A stretch of DNA of 64,000 nucleotides, from contig OZ219788.1 of NCBI GenBank assembly GCA_964291285.2, forward strand, positions 352,001 to 416,000, given 5' to 3'. Of the stretch, positions 1 through 10,346 are shown piece by piece. Origin of the DNA: Alphaproteobacteria bacterium (lineage in GTDB: Bacteria > Pseudomonadota > Alphaproteobacteria > Bin95). Each line of letters starts with the position of its first letter. The stretch's first letter is position 1. Position numbers and translations under genes: made by a program. The notes beneath the pieces were generated by a model that searched no databases, was not told where the DNA came from, and saw nothing but the letters and a program-made list of their open reading frames with translations.

Positions 1-1337
1 TCGGCGCAGGCGGCTTCGACCGCCTCAAGTCCGTCCTCCAGAACCGCTGTAAGGATCCGGACGATCTGGCGGTCGCCATCGTCATGGCCGGACAGCCGGG
101 CTCGCAGCCGACCGAGGGCATCGGGCAACGGCCAGTCCTTGAAGGGCGCGCCGTTGCGCAGCGCGCCGGGCTTGCGTGCCAGGATCGGCACGTAGTGCCA
201 CGGATCGCAGGTGACCGTGCCGCGCGCGAAGCTCCGGGGGTGCTCGGCAACCGTCTCGCCGTCCTGGCGGATGACGATCCGGTTGGCGTAGGCCCGCACG
301 TCGACCGGCCGGCCGACGGCGCGGGCGGCAACGCTGTAGTGGTTGTTGTCGAAGCGCACCAGGCAGGTCTTCGAGACCGCCGACTCAACCGCGTGGAAGC
401 CGTCGAACGGACCGCAATACCCCACCAGGAACGGCTGCTCCTCCTCGAACACCTCCCACACCGTCTTGCCCGCGATCGACGGATGCGCGCGGCGCTTGGC
501 GTCCCGGATGCAGGCGTCCATGAGCCATGCGTTCAGCTCATCATGGGAGCGGCCCCGCAGGCGCGGCACGAACAGGCGGCTGCGGGCGTAGCCCACCTGG
601 TTCTCTACCTGGCCCTTCTCCCATGCCGCCCCGGGGGTGCAGGCCACAGGCTCTACCAGGTGATGGGAGCACATCTCCAGGAAGCGACGGTTGTAGGCGC
701 GCTCCTTGCCGATGAAGATCGCGCTCACCGCCGTCTTCATATTGTCGTAGATCCCCCGGCGGCACGACCCGCCGAAGAGCCGGAACGCCCGCTCGTGCGC
801 CTCGAACACCATCTCCTGGCCTTCGCGCGGGAAGACCTGCACCAGCATCATGCGGCTGTGGCAAAGGCGCATGTGCGCCGCCTTCACCCGGGTCGTCACG
901 CCCGACAGAACCGCGTATTCGTGGCTCCAGTCGAACTGGTAGGCCTCGCCGGGGGCAAAGCTCAGCGGCACGAACGCCTGCGAAGCCGACAAGGCACGGC
1001 GCTCGCGGCGCCAGACGCCGGCATAGCGACGAACGGCGTCATAACCGCCGGCATAGCCCAACGCCGCCAGCTCCTCATACATCCGCATCAGCGACAGGCG
1101 ATCCCGGCGAGCCTTCTTCTCGTTCGCCTCCAGATAGCCGTCCAGAACCTCGATCCACGGACCCGGCTTTGGACGCGACTGAACCTTCCGCCCGTAGCTG
1201 AACGACGTCTCTCCGCTCCGGACCGCCTTGCGGACCGTGTTCCGGGATACCTTCAGCTCCCGGACAAGCTTCTTGATCGGGACCCCCTTGCCCAGATGCT
1301 CTCGACGGATACGCGCGATCGTCTCCACAACCAACAT
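1..1337 (-). CDS. istA: IS21-family transposase IstA (runs off the left edge of the window)
   Basis: Minus-strand translation from ATG 1337: MLVVETIARIRREHLGKGVPIKKLVRELKVSRNTVRK...PGEAYQFDW...GIYDNMKTAV...WEKGQVENQV, the IS21 HTH and DDE motifs. The + ORF 84..1502 is its antisense shadow. Confidence 0.93.
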   Translation of the reverse strand, partial: MLVVETIARIRREHLGKGVPIKKLVRELKVSRNTVRKAVRSGETSFSYGRKVQSRPKPGPWIEVLDGYLEANEKKARRDRLSLMRMYEELAALGYAGGYDAVRRYAGVWRRERRALSASQAFVPLSFAPGEAYQFDWSHEYAVLSGVTTRVKAAHMRLCHSRMMLVQVFPREGQEMVFEAHERAFRLFGGSCRRGIYDNMKTAVSAIFIGKERAYNRRFLEMCSHHLVEPVACTPGAAWEKGQVENQVGYARSRLFVPRLRGRSHDELNAWLMDACIRDAKRRAHPSIAGKTVWEVFEEEQPFLVGYCGPFDGFHAVESAVSKTCLVRFDNNHYSVAARAVGRPVDVRAYANRIVIRQDGETVAEHPRSFARGTVTCDPWHYVPILARKPGALRNGAPFKDWPLPDALGRLRARLSGHDDGDRQIVRILTAVLEDGLEAVEAACA

Positions 1338-1455
1338 CTCCCACCTCCTCGTCCATCAAGAAAACGAGGCGGCTTCAAAGGACACAGCCCTCGGGGGGTC
1401 AATTTTGGAAGCCGATCACCCCCGAACGGGGGTCAATATTCCACGCCGAATTACA
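1..1455 (-). mobile_element. IS21-family insertion sequence, left end at 1455
   Basis: Minus strand starts TGTAATTCGGCGTGGAATATTGACCCC, with a second internal TTGACCCC repeat near 1395-1402, typical of multi-repeat IS21 ends. Confidence 0.8.
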
Positions 1456-1691
1456 CACAGTGCAGCCGTCGACTGGATGCTCTCGGCCATCCGTCCCCAT
1501 GAGTGCTCGATTCTGCTTGCCGGCTGCGGGGTCACGGTCGAGGATCTGGCCCGACATGCCCGGACTCACCACTACCAGCGCCGTCTCTTGTGCGCTACCT
1601 CAACCAATTCGTCTTTCCCCCGCTGTAGCCTCCACGCCCTGAAGGGGATGGGGCGTGCCGCGCCAAAGCTGCTCGAGAGAGAGGCCACGAA

Positions 1692-1865
1692 ATGACGGAC
1701 ATCGACAGGAACCGGCCGGAGGCGCCCGCCGAAGCGGAGCCGAAAGAGGAGACGAGCCGGGCATCGACGGCGCGGCGCGAGGCAACATCCGATGCGATGA
1801 TGCAGGCCATCGAGGACGACATAGACCGGCGCTCGGGCGTCTATCGGCACCTGGCGGCTTCCTGA
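1692..1865 (+). CDS. Small hypothetical protein (57 aa)
   Basis: GAGAGAGG upstream of ATG; MTDIDRNRPEAPAEAEPKEETSRASTARREATSDAMMQAIEDDIDRRSGVYRHLAAS*; below the ORF-track cutoff. Confidence 0.35.
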   Translation: MTDIDRNRPEAPAEAEPKEETSRASTARREATSDAMMQAIEDDIDRRSGVYRHLAAS

Positions 1866-2036
1866 CAGCCCGGAGGCGCTGCGATGGCCCCTGACCTCCA
1901 CTGGTCGCATGATCCCGCGGGTATGAAGCTCCCGGTGCACCGGCCGTCTCCCCCCGGGATCCCGTAGATCCCGGGAGAAGAAAAGACCCTGCGTGAGCGC
2001 ATGCGTCTGCGAATCGCGCCGGTCTGGGGGCGGCCG

Positions 2037-5000
2037 TTAGAGCGCTGTCCACGCATTGCGGACCTCTACGAATTCACTGGAGTCGCTACAGATCGCCCGC
2101 CAGCGCCTGATCGATCCCGGCTCCTCCTTCCCCAACGCGCTGTAGCGCTCAGCCAACGCCGATGCCAGGGCCGCGGCCGAGGCCCGGGTCGGGATCAGTT
2201 CGTCCCCATCGTTACCCCTGACGCGGTTCTGATCGGTTTCTTCGGAGATATGACCGAGGCCTGCCAGCAGACCGCATTCTCTCTCCCTGGGCAGGAACCA
2301 GGGCAGCCTCCTGACCAGGCTCCCCGTATAGCGCAGCCTCGCGGCAAGCGCTGGACGGTGGCGCCACCAGATACCATCGGCAAGCGTCGTCTCCACTGCG
2401 GAAAATGTCTCGCGCCTGTCCTCCGGCAGCGTATGCGCCGCCAGAAGTTCCGTCGCAGACAGCGCATCGACTATCACGCCGCGCTCGGTGTCAGACAACG
2501 CGGCCTTCACTCGCCCGATCACCCGTTCCAGCATTTCGGGCACGACCTTCAAGGCCGCCGCTTCGAGCCTCAATGCAGGGATGCCGTCTCCCTCTAGGTC
2601 CGCAAGGAACGTCCGTAGCGCATCTGCCAGATTGTCGTTGTCGACTGCTGCGGGGACGCGGGCAAATACGGCTGAAAGGGCGTCAACGCCTCCAGAAATT
2701 ACCTTATGAGTGTGTTCAGCAACTGAACCGACAAACGGATCCGGCTGGGAGTCATGCGTCCCGTGCTTGTTGCTCCGCCACCAGTTCGAGGCTTCCGCAA
2801 GCAGCTCCTTCGCCTCCGGACGGGTCCATTTGACCCAAAACGCCGAGTTGCGTAGCTCGTTCATGGAGTTGTCCGGGACGGTGCGTCCCCAATGTGGAAT
2901 TTTCGACCTCAAGCGCTGCTTCACGAGCGGCTCAGGGTCGATGTCGGCGGGGTGAGGCAATCTCAGACACATGAAGTCGGGGTATCCAGGCACCACCGGC
3001 ACTTCCGGCGCTTCCACGCCGTCCCACACCAAGTTCCCGAGGCGTTTGGACTGTTCTTCGTCCAGCTGGTCTTTCTCGTGCAGCCAGACAAGCGGCGCTG
3101 CCGCCCAGTCCCGCTCGGCCTTGGAGGTGCTGCACGACATCCGATCTAGCAATTCGTCGACCTTGCCGGGCTGTATGCCGAGTGCTCCTGGCCGAACCGG
3201 TTCAGGCAGATTCACCAACAATACCGGGTGAACGTGTTCCCCAACCGGAATCCCTCCGCCAGGCCCCATCGGTAACGGCTGCGGGAGCCCGATCAACGTC
3301 GGCGCTGCCCGCGCCAGCTCCACTGCCGACATGCTTTCGAGAAGACGATGAACAAACCGGGGGATGTTGAACACCAGCCTCCATCTGAGCGGCAGGCCGT
3401 AGATCCGACCGAGCATTTCCACCAGGCACTCTCGGTATTCTGGTGAGCACTTGCAGCAGAGGCGCGAAAACACCTCCGGGAGCGTACGCGCGAGCGGCTC
3501 GAGAATTCCGTCGCCGGACGGAGCCGTTCCTTCGAACATGGACACTATGCGGTCCAGCGCCTTTAGGTAAGCGTCGCAATGCCTATCGACTTCGGTTTGC
3601 GTCAGGCCAGCGAGATACTCACGGTCGAACAGGCTGTCTGCGGCTCTCTCGCTGCCCAGGCGGGCGATGGCCACCAATGCCCAGTGCGGCGACTGCATGC
3701 CCATGCGACGCACTGCGCCCTCGAGCCACCTGCCAACGAACGTTGTGTATCCAATGCGGTAGGGCATGCCGAGGTCTTCGTACATCCGCAGCAGCCTGTA
3801 GGCCGAAAGCGCCTCTTCATCGGGGCCGAAGCGGTAGTTTCTGAATACAAGGCCGGTATCGAAATCAGGGGTCTCTACCCTCGTGCTCCAAGGAGGAGTC
3901 GGCGGAGCAGACCGGACATGCGCGGACAACAATTCCACCTCGCGATGCGGCGCGCAGTTGTATCGGACCAGCTCGTTCTGCCGCTCCGTCAGGTCCCGCA
4001 GGTCGATGCCGCTGGGTTGCTCCGAATCCTCTTCCACCGTCAGCAGGCCGGAGTCGAGCATCTGGTAATGAAGCATTACCACTGACTCCTGCGAGACGAG
4101 CGTGTAGTCGTCGGCGCCCCGGTTCTGGCGCTGCTGTCGACGGATGGTCGCAAGGCTCGATTCAAGAGCCGGGCGGGCGTCCTTATCCCCCTGCAACTCT
4201 GCCAGCAGGACGGTGCGGTTTGCGTCCAGGAAGGGCGTGGCATCGTTGTCTGGCCACTCGTCGGCCAGCAGCTGCCTGGCTTCCTCCGGGTCGAAACGGA
4301 ACAGCGCCTGCAACGCTGTCTCAAGCCGGAACCGGGCCCTGTATTCGAGCGTTATGGCGTTGAGGTTGAGGCTTGCCTCGAGCCTCCTCCTTACCGCCTC
4401 CCATTCGTCATGCAGGCCCTGCTCACGATAGTGCCGCATCAGCCATAGCCGGACTTCGAAGACGGCGGCGACTACACAGGTTGTCTCCCTGCCAACCTCT
4501 TCCAGAAACTCCGCCGAAGCGTTGCCGTATTTGTGCTCAACCTCTTCCAGAAACGACGACAGGTCGCCCACCGTCGGCACCCTGAGCGGCATAAGGCACC
4601 GGTCTAGGCGCCACGCCAGCTCGAACGCCAGGTCCAGGTCTAGGCCCGGCTCCAGCGCTTGTCGTTCCGCTCCCGACAATCCGGACAGATGCGACAGCCA
4701 GTTTTCGGTGTGGAGCCAAAGTTGCAGTCGCCCTTCTGCCGGCGCCACCACCCAGCCCGGGTAGTCGAGGCGTTGTCGGCGCCATTCCTCCACGACTTCG
4801 CCGTACCTGTGGGGATCGCTCTGCCGTAACCAAGGCTGCTCTTCCGGCGACACCCTTGGCCATTCCGAGACCCGCGGCTTGCGCTCCTCAAGTTCCTTCA
4901 GGAGCCAGTTCAACGCTTCTTCTTCGCGTTTTTCGTGGCCCGGCGCGATCCACGACAGGTCGATCGGGACAATGCCCCGGTCGCAGAGCAGCTGGTTGTC

Positions 5001-5720
5001 TGCCTCACCAAGGCGACCGAGTGCGACAAGATAAATCCCGAGCGCGTCCTTCCTCCCGATATGGTCGCGCATCCAGCCGAGCCATTGCAGGAAGTTCGGG
5101 TCGTCCGCCGAAAAGCCGACTAGGCATAGCTTGTTCTCAAGCAGGGCCTGGCGAACCGTGTTTACAAACGGATCGTGGTCGAGAGGATATCGGCGATAGT
5201 CCTCCTCGGTGATGATGAACGGCCCCTCCGGGAAGCTGCCGTGCAGCTTGACGATCCTCGCCCCCTCCGCATCCGGGATTTCCTTCTCCGTGGTGACGAC
5301 GGTGTAATGCTTGAGCGGTACGGCCGGCAACGCCCGCTCCAGGAGCGTGTCGTAGTTCGTCGTGAACACATCCTTCCAGGGCAAGCCCAGCAACCGGCTA
5401 TGTAACAGCGATGGCGGATGCCGGTCGGGGATGGCCTGACGGAGCAGGTCGTCCAGGGCAGGTCGCCCGAACATGGCCTGGACCTGCCCGGCCAATTTGA
5501 GAATGTCCAGATACCTGGCGTCATCTCCCGGAGAACATCCGTGAATTCTTTCGTAGAACCGGTCCCCCAGCTTCTGCCAGATCGGGAATTCCGAACTCGC
5601 ATTCAGGCTGAACCCCGCGCCGACCATCACGGCAGCCTTGTTCGCCCACAACCGGGCTGCGAGATCGTCGAGACAGCATTTCACATGGGCAGGGGCCTCG
5701 TCGGACATTGCCAGCCTCAT
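2037..5720 (-). CDS. SIR2-domain defence-associated sirtuin (DSR-like NADase), 1227 aa
   Basis: N-terminal SIR2_2 motifs VMVGAGFS, VFTTNYDTLLE, IVKLHGS, LCLVGFSADDPNF, then a ~950-aa helical region. Located among IS elements. Confidence 0.85.
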   Translation of the reverse strand: MRLAMSDEAPAHVKCCLDDLAARLWANKAAVMVGAGFSLNASSEFPIWQKLGDRFYERIHGCSPGDDARYLDILKLAGQVQAMFGRPALDDLLRQAIPDRHPPSLLHSRLLGLPWKDVFTTNYDTLLERALPAVPLKHYTVVTTEKEIPDAEGARIVKLHGSFPEGPFIITEEDYRRYPLDHDPFVNTVRQALLENKLCLVGFSADDPNFLQWLGWMRDHIGRKDALGIYLVALGRLGEADNQLLCDRGIVPIDLSWIAPGHEKREEEALNWLLKELEERKPRVSEWPRVSPEEQPWLRQSDPHRYGEVVEEWRRQRLDYPGWVVAPAEGRLQLWLHTENWLSHLSGLSGAERQALEPGLDLDLAFELAWRLDRCLMPLRVPTVGDLSSFLEEVEHKYGNASAEFLEEVGRETTCVVAAVFEVRLWLMRHYREQGLHDEWEAVRRRLEASLNLNAITLEYRARFRLETALQALFRFDPEEARQLLADEWPDNDATPFLDANRTVLLAELQGDKDARPALESSLATIRRQQRQNRGADDYTLVSQESVVMLHYQMLDSGLLTVEEDSEQPSGIDLRDLTERQNELVRYNCAPHREVELLSAHVRSAPPTPPWSTRVETPDFDTGLVFRNYRFGPDEEALSAYRLLRMYEDLGMPYRIGYTTFVGRWLEGAVRRMGMQSPHWALVAIARLGSERAADSLFDREYLAGLTQTEVDRHCDAYLKALDRIVSMFEGTAPSGDGILEPLARTLPEVFSRLCCKCSPEYRECLVEMLGRIYGLPLRWRLVFNIPRFVHRLLESMSAVELARAAPTLIGLPQPLPMGPGGGIPVGEHVHPVLLVNLPEPVRPGALGIQPGKVDELLDRMSCSTSKAERDWAAAPLVWLHEKDQLDEEQSKRLGNLVWDGVEAPEVPVVPGYPDFMCLRLPHPADIDPEPLVKQRLRSKIPHWGRTVPDNSMNELRNSAFWVKWTRPEAKELLAEASNWWRSNKHGTHDSQPDPFVGSVAEHTHKVISGGVDALSAVFARVPAAVDNDNLADALRTFLADLEGDGIPALRLEAAALKVVPEMLERVIGRVKAALSDTERGVIVDALSATELLAAHTLPEDRRETFSAVETTLADGIWWRHRPALAARLRYTGSLVRRLPWFLPRERECGLLAGLGHISEETDQNRVRGNDGDELIPTRASAAALASALAERYSALGKEEPGSIRRWRAICSDSSEFVEVRNAWTAL

Positions 5721-5834
5721 CCATCGAAGCGAATGGCCAACCCTAGTCCCGTTCTCTCCACAGCGCTACGCCGGCCTTCAGCGGCATCCTTCGGCCGCAT
5801 TGTCGTAATCGGGATGAGCCTGAATTTTTTGTTG

Positions 5835-6900
5835 CCCCACTTCCAGTCTGAAGTGCAACATCCGGCCCTCATCGCAGTGAGGGGCGTAGCCCGAACGGAG
5901 ATGAGGTCCAGATGTTACACAAATTTTCCCCCTCTGTCCCTCTCGATTCCGCCCGGGAACAGCTTCAGTTCCTTCAACATCGAGCTTATGCAACGCCTTT
6001 GTCGGCTTCAAGCCACTGTTTCGCCGTCGCGCGGCATGGACCCTGCTGCACGTTGCGGCTTCGGAACGCAGATGGTCAGGGCGGTTTCACTTCAAGATTA
6101 CCTCCGTCGGCGATCCCGGGACTTTCCGAGTGTTGAGCCGATCCTGTACCTTCTGAACATCTTCGTTGCATGTCGCGCGAAAGTCCGTGCCCTTCGGGAA
6201 GTACTCCCGCACCAGGCCGTTGGTGTGCTCATTCAAGCCGCGCTCCCGGGAATGGAAAGGCGAAGAAGAAATCTGCGTCAAGTGCGACACGGCTGTGGTC
6301 TGCGAACTCCTTGCCGTTGTGATTGTGTGGACCAATAGCGCACCAGAGCCGAGCAGGCGGATCATGACCGAACCGACCGTGTCTTTCTGTCCACCCGGCC
6401 GGAATGGCATCCGCCCTTCCAGTTCGGCTTCTTGCCGCGCCGCCGAAGCTTCTTCCACAAGACGCCCCCGGCTCTCCGGTCTTCGGCGATCATGGATCCG
6501 TTCACGGCCCTCCAGTCGAAAACGGCCGCTGCTCGGAACCCTCCCGCAGCTTTTCCTGAGCTTCAACCCGAGGCGTCAACCGCCAGGAAACAGACGAGGC
6601 TGCCCTGCGTTTCTGCCATCCTTTGCGCCTGCTTGTGACGGTAACCCCGTCCCCCGGTGTTGCGCTTGATCTCCCGGAAAATTCGGTCACGGCCCGGCTG
6701 CCGAGCAATCGTACCTTGTGAAAGACCGCTTTTCTGCCTCAATCTGGCATCGCTCTTCGCAGGTGACGGTAGCCTTTGGACATGAACAAGCCCCCTTCAT
6801 CTTGTACAGGAACTCTCGCCACTACCGCTCCGCAACATCATGCGTCTAAAAACACATGGCCACAGCCCATCATGTGTTGCACTTCACTATGGAACAGGGG
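5835..6900 (-). mobile_element. Degenerate IS30-family element
   Basis: 26-bp imperfect inverted repeats (5835-5860 CCCCACTTCCAGTCTGAAGTGCAACA; 6875-6900 TGTTGCACTTCACTATGGAACAGGGG) with a TTG duplication at 5832-5834 and 6901-6903. Confidence 0.8.
6087..6783 (-). pseudogene. IS30 transposase pseudogene with many small deletions/frameshifts
   Basis: Fragments MSKGYRHL..EERCQIE, REIKRNTGGRGYRHKQAQ and PFHSRERGLNEHTNGLVREYFPKGTDF lie in different frames. Confidence 0.8.
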
Positions 6901-7052
6901 TTGTATCCCTGATCGGCGAGCTGATTTTTTTGGGTTCTTTTTGGTCGCTTGGGGAAGCGCTGACGATAGTTGTCTGGTGGTTTCCGCTGCCCCGGGCGGG
7001 TCTGGAGCGTTTGATGATCGGGCCGGGTGCAATTTTTGGGGGCTCGGGGGGG

Positions 7053-7343
7053 CGCCGGTCGTTGCCACCAAGCAGACGGGGCCGGCGCCGCATCGTTCTC
7101 AGCAGCCCCAGTCTACCCCCTCGCGCAGCCCGGCGACCCTCGCTGCGGTCGCCAGCACATCCCCTCCCTCAGGCAGGCGAAAATCTCAACGCAACGGGGG
7201 CCGGCGACTCCAGTCGGGCTACGCCCTCCTTACGTCCCTGGCCCCCGTCGCAAATGCCGCGGCGCCACCATCACAATCCTCGGCGCGCTCAACAAAAAAG
7301 CGCAACGCCAGCAAATAAGCGCCTTTTGTGACCGTCACCTACA
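7053..7343 (-). mobile_element. Orphan transposon end, inverted copy of 48813-49100 (IS21-type left end)
   Basis: Minus strand from 7343 reads TGTAGGTGACGGTCACAAAAGGCGCTTATTTGCTGGCGTTGCGC, matching 48813 onward over about 290 bp. Confidence 0.85.
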
Positions 7344-7803
7344 CGAGCATAGAATTCCGGTTCGATCGCGCCCATCCCGCTCTCCTCCAGGTCCCGGTCC
7401 TTTCCGGCGCCGCCCGCAGCGAACCGGCAACCGGCGCCACTCTGGAGGCCGCCCCCTGTCTTGCAAAGGAATCAGTCAGGGGATTTCCATCGCCCCGGAC
7501 ATGCGCGCCAGCCCGCGGACACGCCGGATGCGCGCACCCCCGAAGTTCACGGCCGCCACACGATTGCCGCCCGGCGCATTCGGACCGGTGTCCGCGGATG
7601 TACGGCCGACCGCCGCTTGCCCGTCCGCTCGCCGAACAACTCGACGGCGTTTCACGCGCGCGACGGGCGACGGACCGTTTACCGGCATGCGCGAGCCGGC
7701 AACGCCCCATTTCGGATCGGTCCGGTCTCGGACCGCTATCTGGAAAGAGGTTTGATTTTCAGGAGGGCTGGAAAAATCCGTAATATCAGCGTTTTATATA
7801 CGA

Positions 7804-7845
7804 TTAGGAATATCCCGCAACATTGGTGTCCAGGAGATATTTCAC
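7804..7845 (-). pseudogene. Truncated PIN/VapC toxin (13 codons)
   Basis: GTG start right after the antitoxin stop gives MKYLLDTNVAGYS*; YLLDTN is the canonical PIN start. Confidence 0.7.
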
Positions 7846-7847
7846 GG

Positions 7848-8129
7848 CTACAGGCGCACGTCGCGGCCCGGCGTTCTCTCGCGCAGATCGCCGAACAGCT
7901 CGCCGGGGTCGAGGGCAAGTTCCTCAAGCCGGACTGCGCTTGCGAATTCGCGGCAGGCGTTCGCGAAGCCCTGCCGGCCCGAGGAGAGCCGCTCGAATTC
8001 CCGGCGGCCCACCAGAACGGCCACCGGCTCGCCCCGCCGGGTAAGCTCCACGGCCTTTCCGCTCTCCGCATCGCGCACCAAGGACGGCAGGTTGCGCCGC
8101 GCTTCCGCAATCGAATGCCGGTCCGCCAT
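7848..8129 (-). CDS. Phd/YefM-family antitoxin
   Basis: SIAEARRNLPSLVRDAESGKAVELTRRGEPVAVLV matches the Phd/YefM fold. Confidence 0.9.
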   Translation of the reverse strand: MADRHSIAEARRNLPSLVRDAESGKAVELTRRGEPVAVLVGRREFERLSSGRQGFANACREFASAVRLEELALDPGELFGDLRERTPGRDVRL

Positions 8130-8204
8130 TGTCTCCGCCGCAATGTTCATCGGTATGTACACAATAGACGGTTCCGCAGAAGAACGGAACCCCCGGCGGC
8201 CGGA

Positions 8205-9578
8205 TCAGGAAGGGCTGAACTCCAGACTCACCCTGAGCCCGGGCGGGCGGTCGTCCGGCGCCGCGTCGGAAAGCACTAGGCGGGCGTTGTGGCGCCGGGC
8301 GGCGGCAGTGGCCAGCGCCAGGCCGAGGCCGTTGCCGGGCAGGTGGCGGCTCGGGTCGAGGCGCACGAAGCGTTCGAGCACGCGCTCCCGGTCTTCCGGC
8401 GCGATGCCGGGGCCGCTGTCGGCCACCGCCACGCCCGATGGGCCGACGATGACGGCGACCCGGCCGCCTTCCGGCGTGTATTTGACTGCGTTGTCGATGA
8501 GGTTGGAGAGCGCCTGGGCCAGCAATTCCGGCTGCCCCCGGACTTCCGGGGCCGGCCCTTCCTTTGCGAATTCGAGCGCAATACCCCGCTCTTCCGCCGA
8601 GGGTGCATGGAGCTCGACCAAGTCTTCCGCGAGCCCGGCAACATCGACCGGAACGGGCGGCGTCGGACCGGACTCCGCCCGCGCGATCGCCAGCAGCATG
8701 TTGAACGTGTCTATCAGCTCCGTGACTTCCTGGCCGGTGCGGACCAGCGCATCCCGGTAGCTGCCGGCATCCACCGGCCCCCGCAGCACATCCTCCAGCC
8801 GCGCATGGAGCCGGGCCAGGGGCCGGCGGAGGTCGTGGGCGACATTGTCTGTCACCTCGCGCAACTCGTTCATCAGCAGCTCGATGCGCGCCAGCATCCG
8901 GTTGACGCTCGTTGCCAGGTCGTCGAATTCGTCGCCGCGCCCTGTCACCGGCACCCGGCGGGACAGGTCCCCGTCCTCCATGATGCGGCGGCCGGTCTCA
9001 TCCACCGCCTCTGCCCGCCGGCGCAGGTCGCGGGAAACCAGAATGCCCGCCGCCAGCCCCGCCAGCAGGATCAGCCCCCCGGCCGCAGCGCCGAAAACGA
9101 CGATCCGGCGGCTGAGCGCGACCTCCTCGTCGATATCGTGAGCGACCAGAAGCCTGAAGCCGCCGGCAAGGTTGGCGACATAAGCGCGGGCGGTGTGCCG
9201 GTGGGCGGGCTCGCCGCCGTGCGCGCGGCGATAGTGGAAATCGTGCCACCGGCCGGGCTCCTGCGCCGTTTCGGGCCATGAGGCGAGATTGCCGGCGACC
9301 TTGCGGCCCCGCCGGTCCGCCAGCAGGTATAGTGATTGGCCCTCGCGCCTGCTTCGCCCCTCTATGACGGCGCTGAGCCGCAGAGGCCCGAACGCCCGGT
9401 AATGCTCCGCCAGCCCCTCCAGTTCCGCCCGAACGATCTGCCGGCTCTCCTCCTGCAGCGCTTCCAAGGACGCGCTGTAGAGAAAGCGGAAGCCGGCGAA
9501 GCCGAAGACCCCCAACACGGCCAGATAAACCAGGGTCAGCCGGAAGGCCGACGTGCGCAGAAGCTCAATCGGCCGCAA
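8205..9578 (-). CDS. HAMP-domain sensor histidine kinase
   Basis: Two TM segments, HAMP, H-box VAHDLRRPL, NLIDNAVKY, DSGPGI, GLGL. Confidence 0.95.
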   Translation of the reverse strand: MRPIELLRTSAFRLTLVYLAVLGVFGFAGFRFLYSASLEALQEESRQIVRAELEGLAEHYRAFGPLRLSAVIEGRSRREGQSLYLLADRRGRKVAGNLASWPETAQEPGRWHDFHYRRAHGGEPAHRHTARAYVANLAGGFRLLVAHDIDEEVALSRRIVVFGAAAGGLILLAGLAAGILVSRDLRRRAEAVDETGRRIMEDGDLSRRVPVTGRGDEFDDLATSVNRMLARIELLMNELREVTDNVAHDLRRPLARLHARLEDVLRGPVDAGSYRDALVRTGQEVTELIDTFNMLLAIARAESGPTPPVPVDVAGLAEDLVELHAPSAEERGIALEFAKEGPAPEVRGQPELLAQALSNLIDNAVKYTPEGGRVAVIVGPSGVAVADSGPGIAPEDRERVLERFVRLDPSRHLPGNGLGLALATAAARRHNARLVLSDAAPDDRPPGLRVSLEFSPS

Positions 9579-10245
9579 GGCGGTATCCGACGCCCCTGAC
9601 GGTATGCAGCAGCGGAGCGTCGAAGTCCCTGTCGATCTTGGCGCGCAGCCGCGAAATCTGCGCGTCGATCACATTGGTGCCCGGGTCGAAACTGAAGTCC
9701 CAGACCTGCTCCAGCAGCATGGTCCTCGTGACCACCCGCCCGGCATGTTCGGCCAGCACCTCCAGCAACCGGAACTCTCTGGGCTTGAGGGCCACCGGCT
9801 TCCCCGCCCGGTACACACGGCGCTCCACGCGGCGGATCTCGAGATCGCCTATGGCGAAATCGGTTTCCGCTGCCGCCGCCGGGGACCGCCGCCGGGCGAG
9901 CGCTTCGATGCGCGCGCGCAGTTCCGCAAAGGCGAAGGGCTTGACGAGGTAGTCGTCCCCCCCGGAGTTCAGCCCCTTCACGCGGTCGCCGACACTGCTG
10001 AGCGCGGTGAGGAAAAGGACTGGCGTGCGGTCGCCCTCGGCGCGCAACGCCCGCACCAGGCTGAGTCCGTCCAACTCCGGCAGCATACGGTCCACCACCA
10101 GCACGTCGAAGCCGCCGCCGCGTGCCGTTTCGAGTCCTTCCGGGCCGTCAGCGGCGATCTCGACCCGATGCCCGTCCTCGCGCAGGCCCTTGGCCGTGTA
10201 GGCCGCCGTCTCGCAGTCATCTTCAATAATGAGAATCTTGAGCAT
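9565..10245 (-). CDS. OmpR-family response regulator
   Basis: ILIIEDD, VDRMLP, DYLVKPF and a winged-helix C-terminus LHTVRGVGY. Confidence 0.95.
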   Translation of the reverse strand: MLKILIIEDDCETAAYTAKGLREDGHRVEIAADGPEGLETARGGGFDVLVVDRMLPELDGLSLVRALRAEGDRTPVLFLTALSSVGDRVKGLNSGGDDYLVKPFAFAELRARIEALARRRSPAAAAETDFAIGDLEIRRVERRVYRAGKPVALKPREFRLLEVLAEHAGRVVTRTMLLEQVWDFSFDPGTNVIDAQISRLRAKIDRDFDAPLLHTVRGVGYRLAAD

Positions 10246-10346
10246 GACGGGGGCATCCTAGCATGGCCCGGCATTGAGCCGGGCCGGGAAAAGGCCGGAC
10301 GCCCGCCGGCGGGAGGAGGAACCGGCGGGCGTCCGGAGGCGAGGAA

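Noticed and set aside
84-1502. 472-aa + strand ORF
   Set aside because: Antisense shadow of istA.
6901-7343. Self-contained MITE starting TGT at 6902
   Set aside because: The TTG at 6901-6903 is better explained as the IS30 target duplication, and the sequence does not match the right end at 54562.
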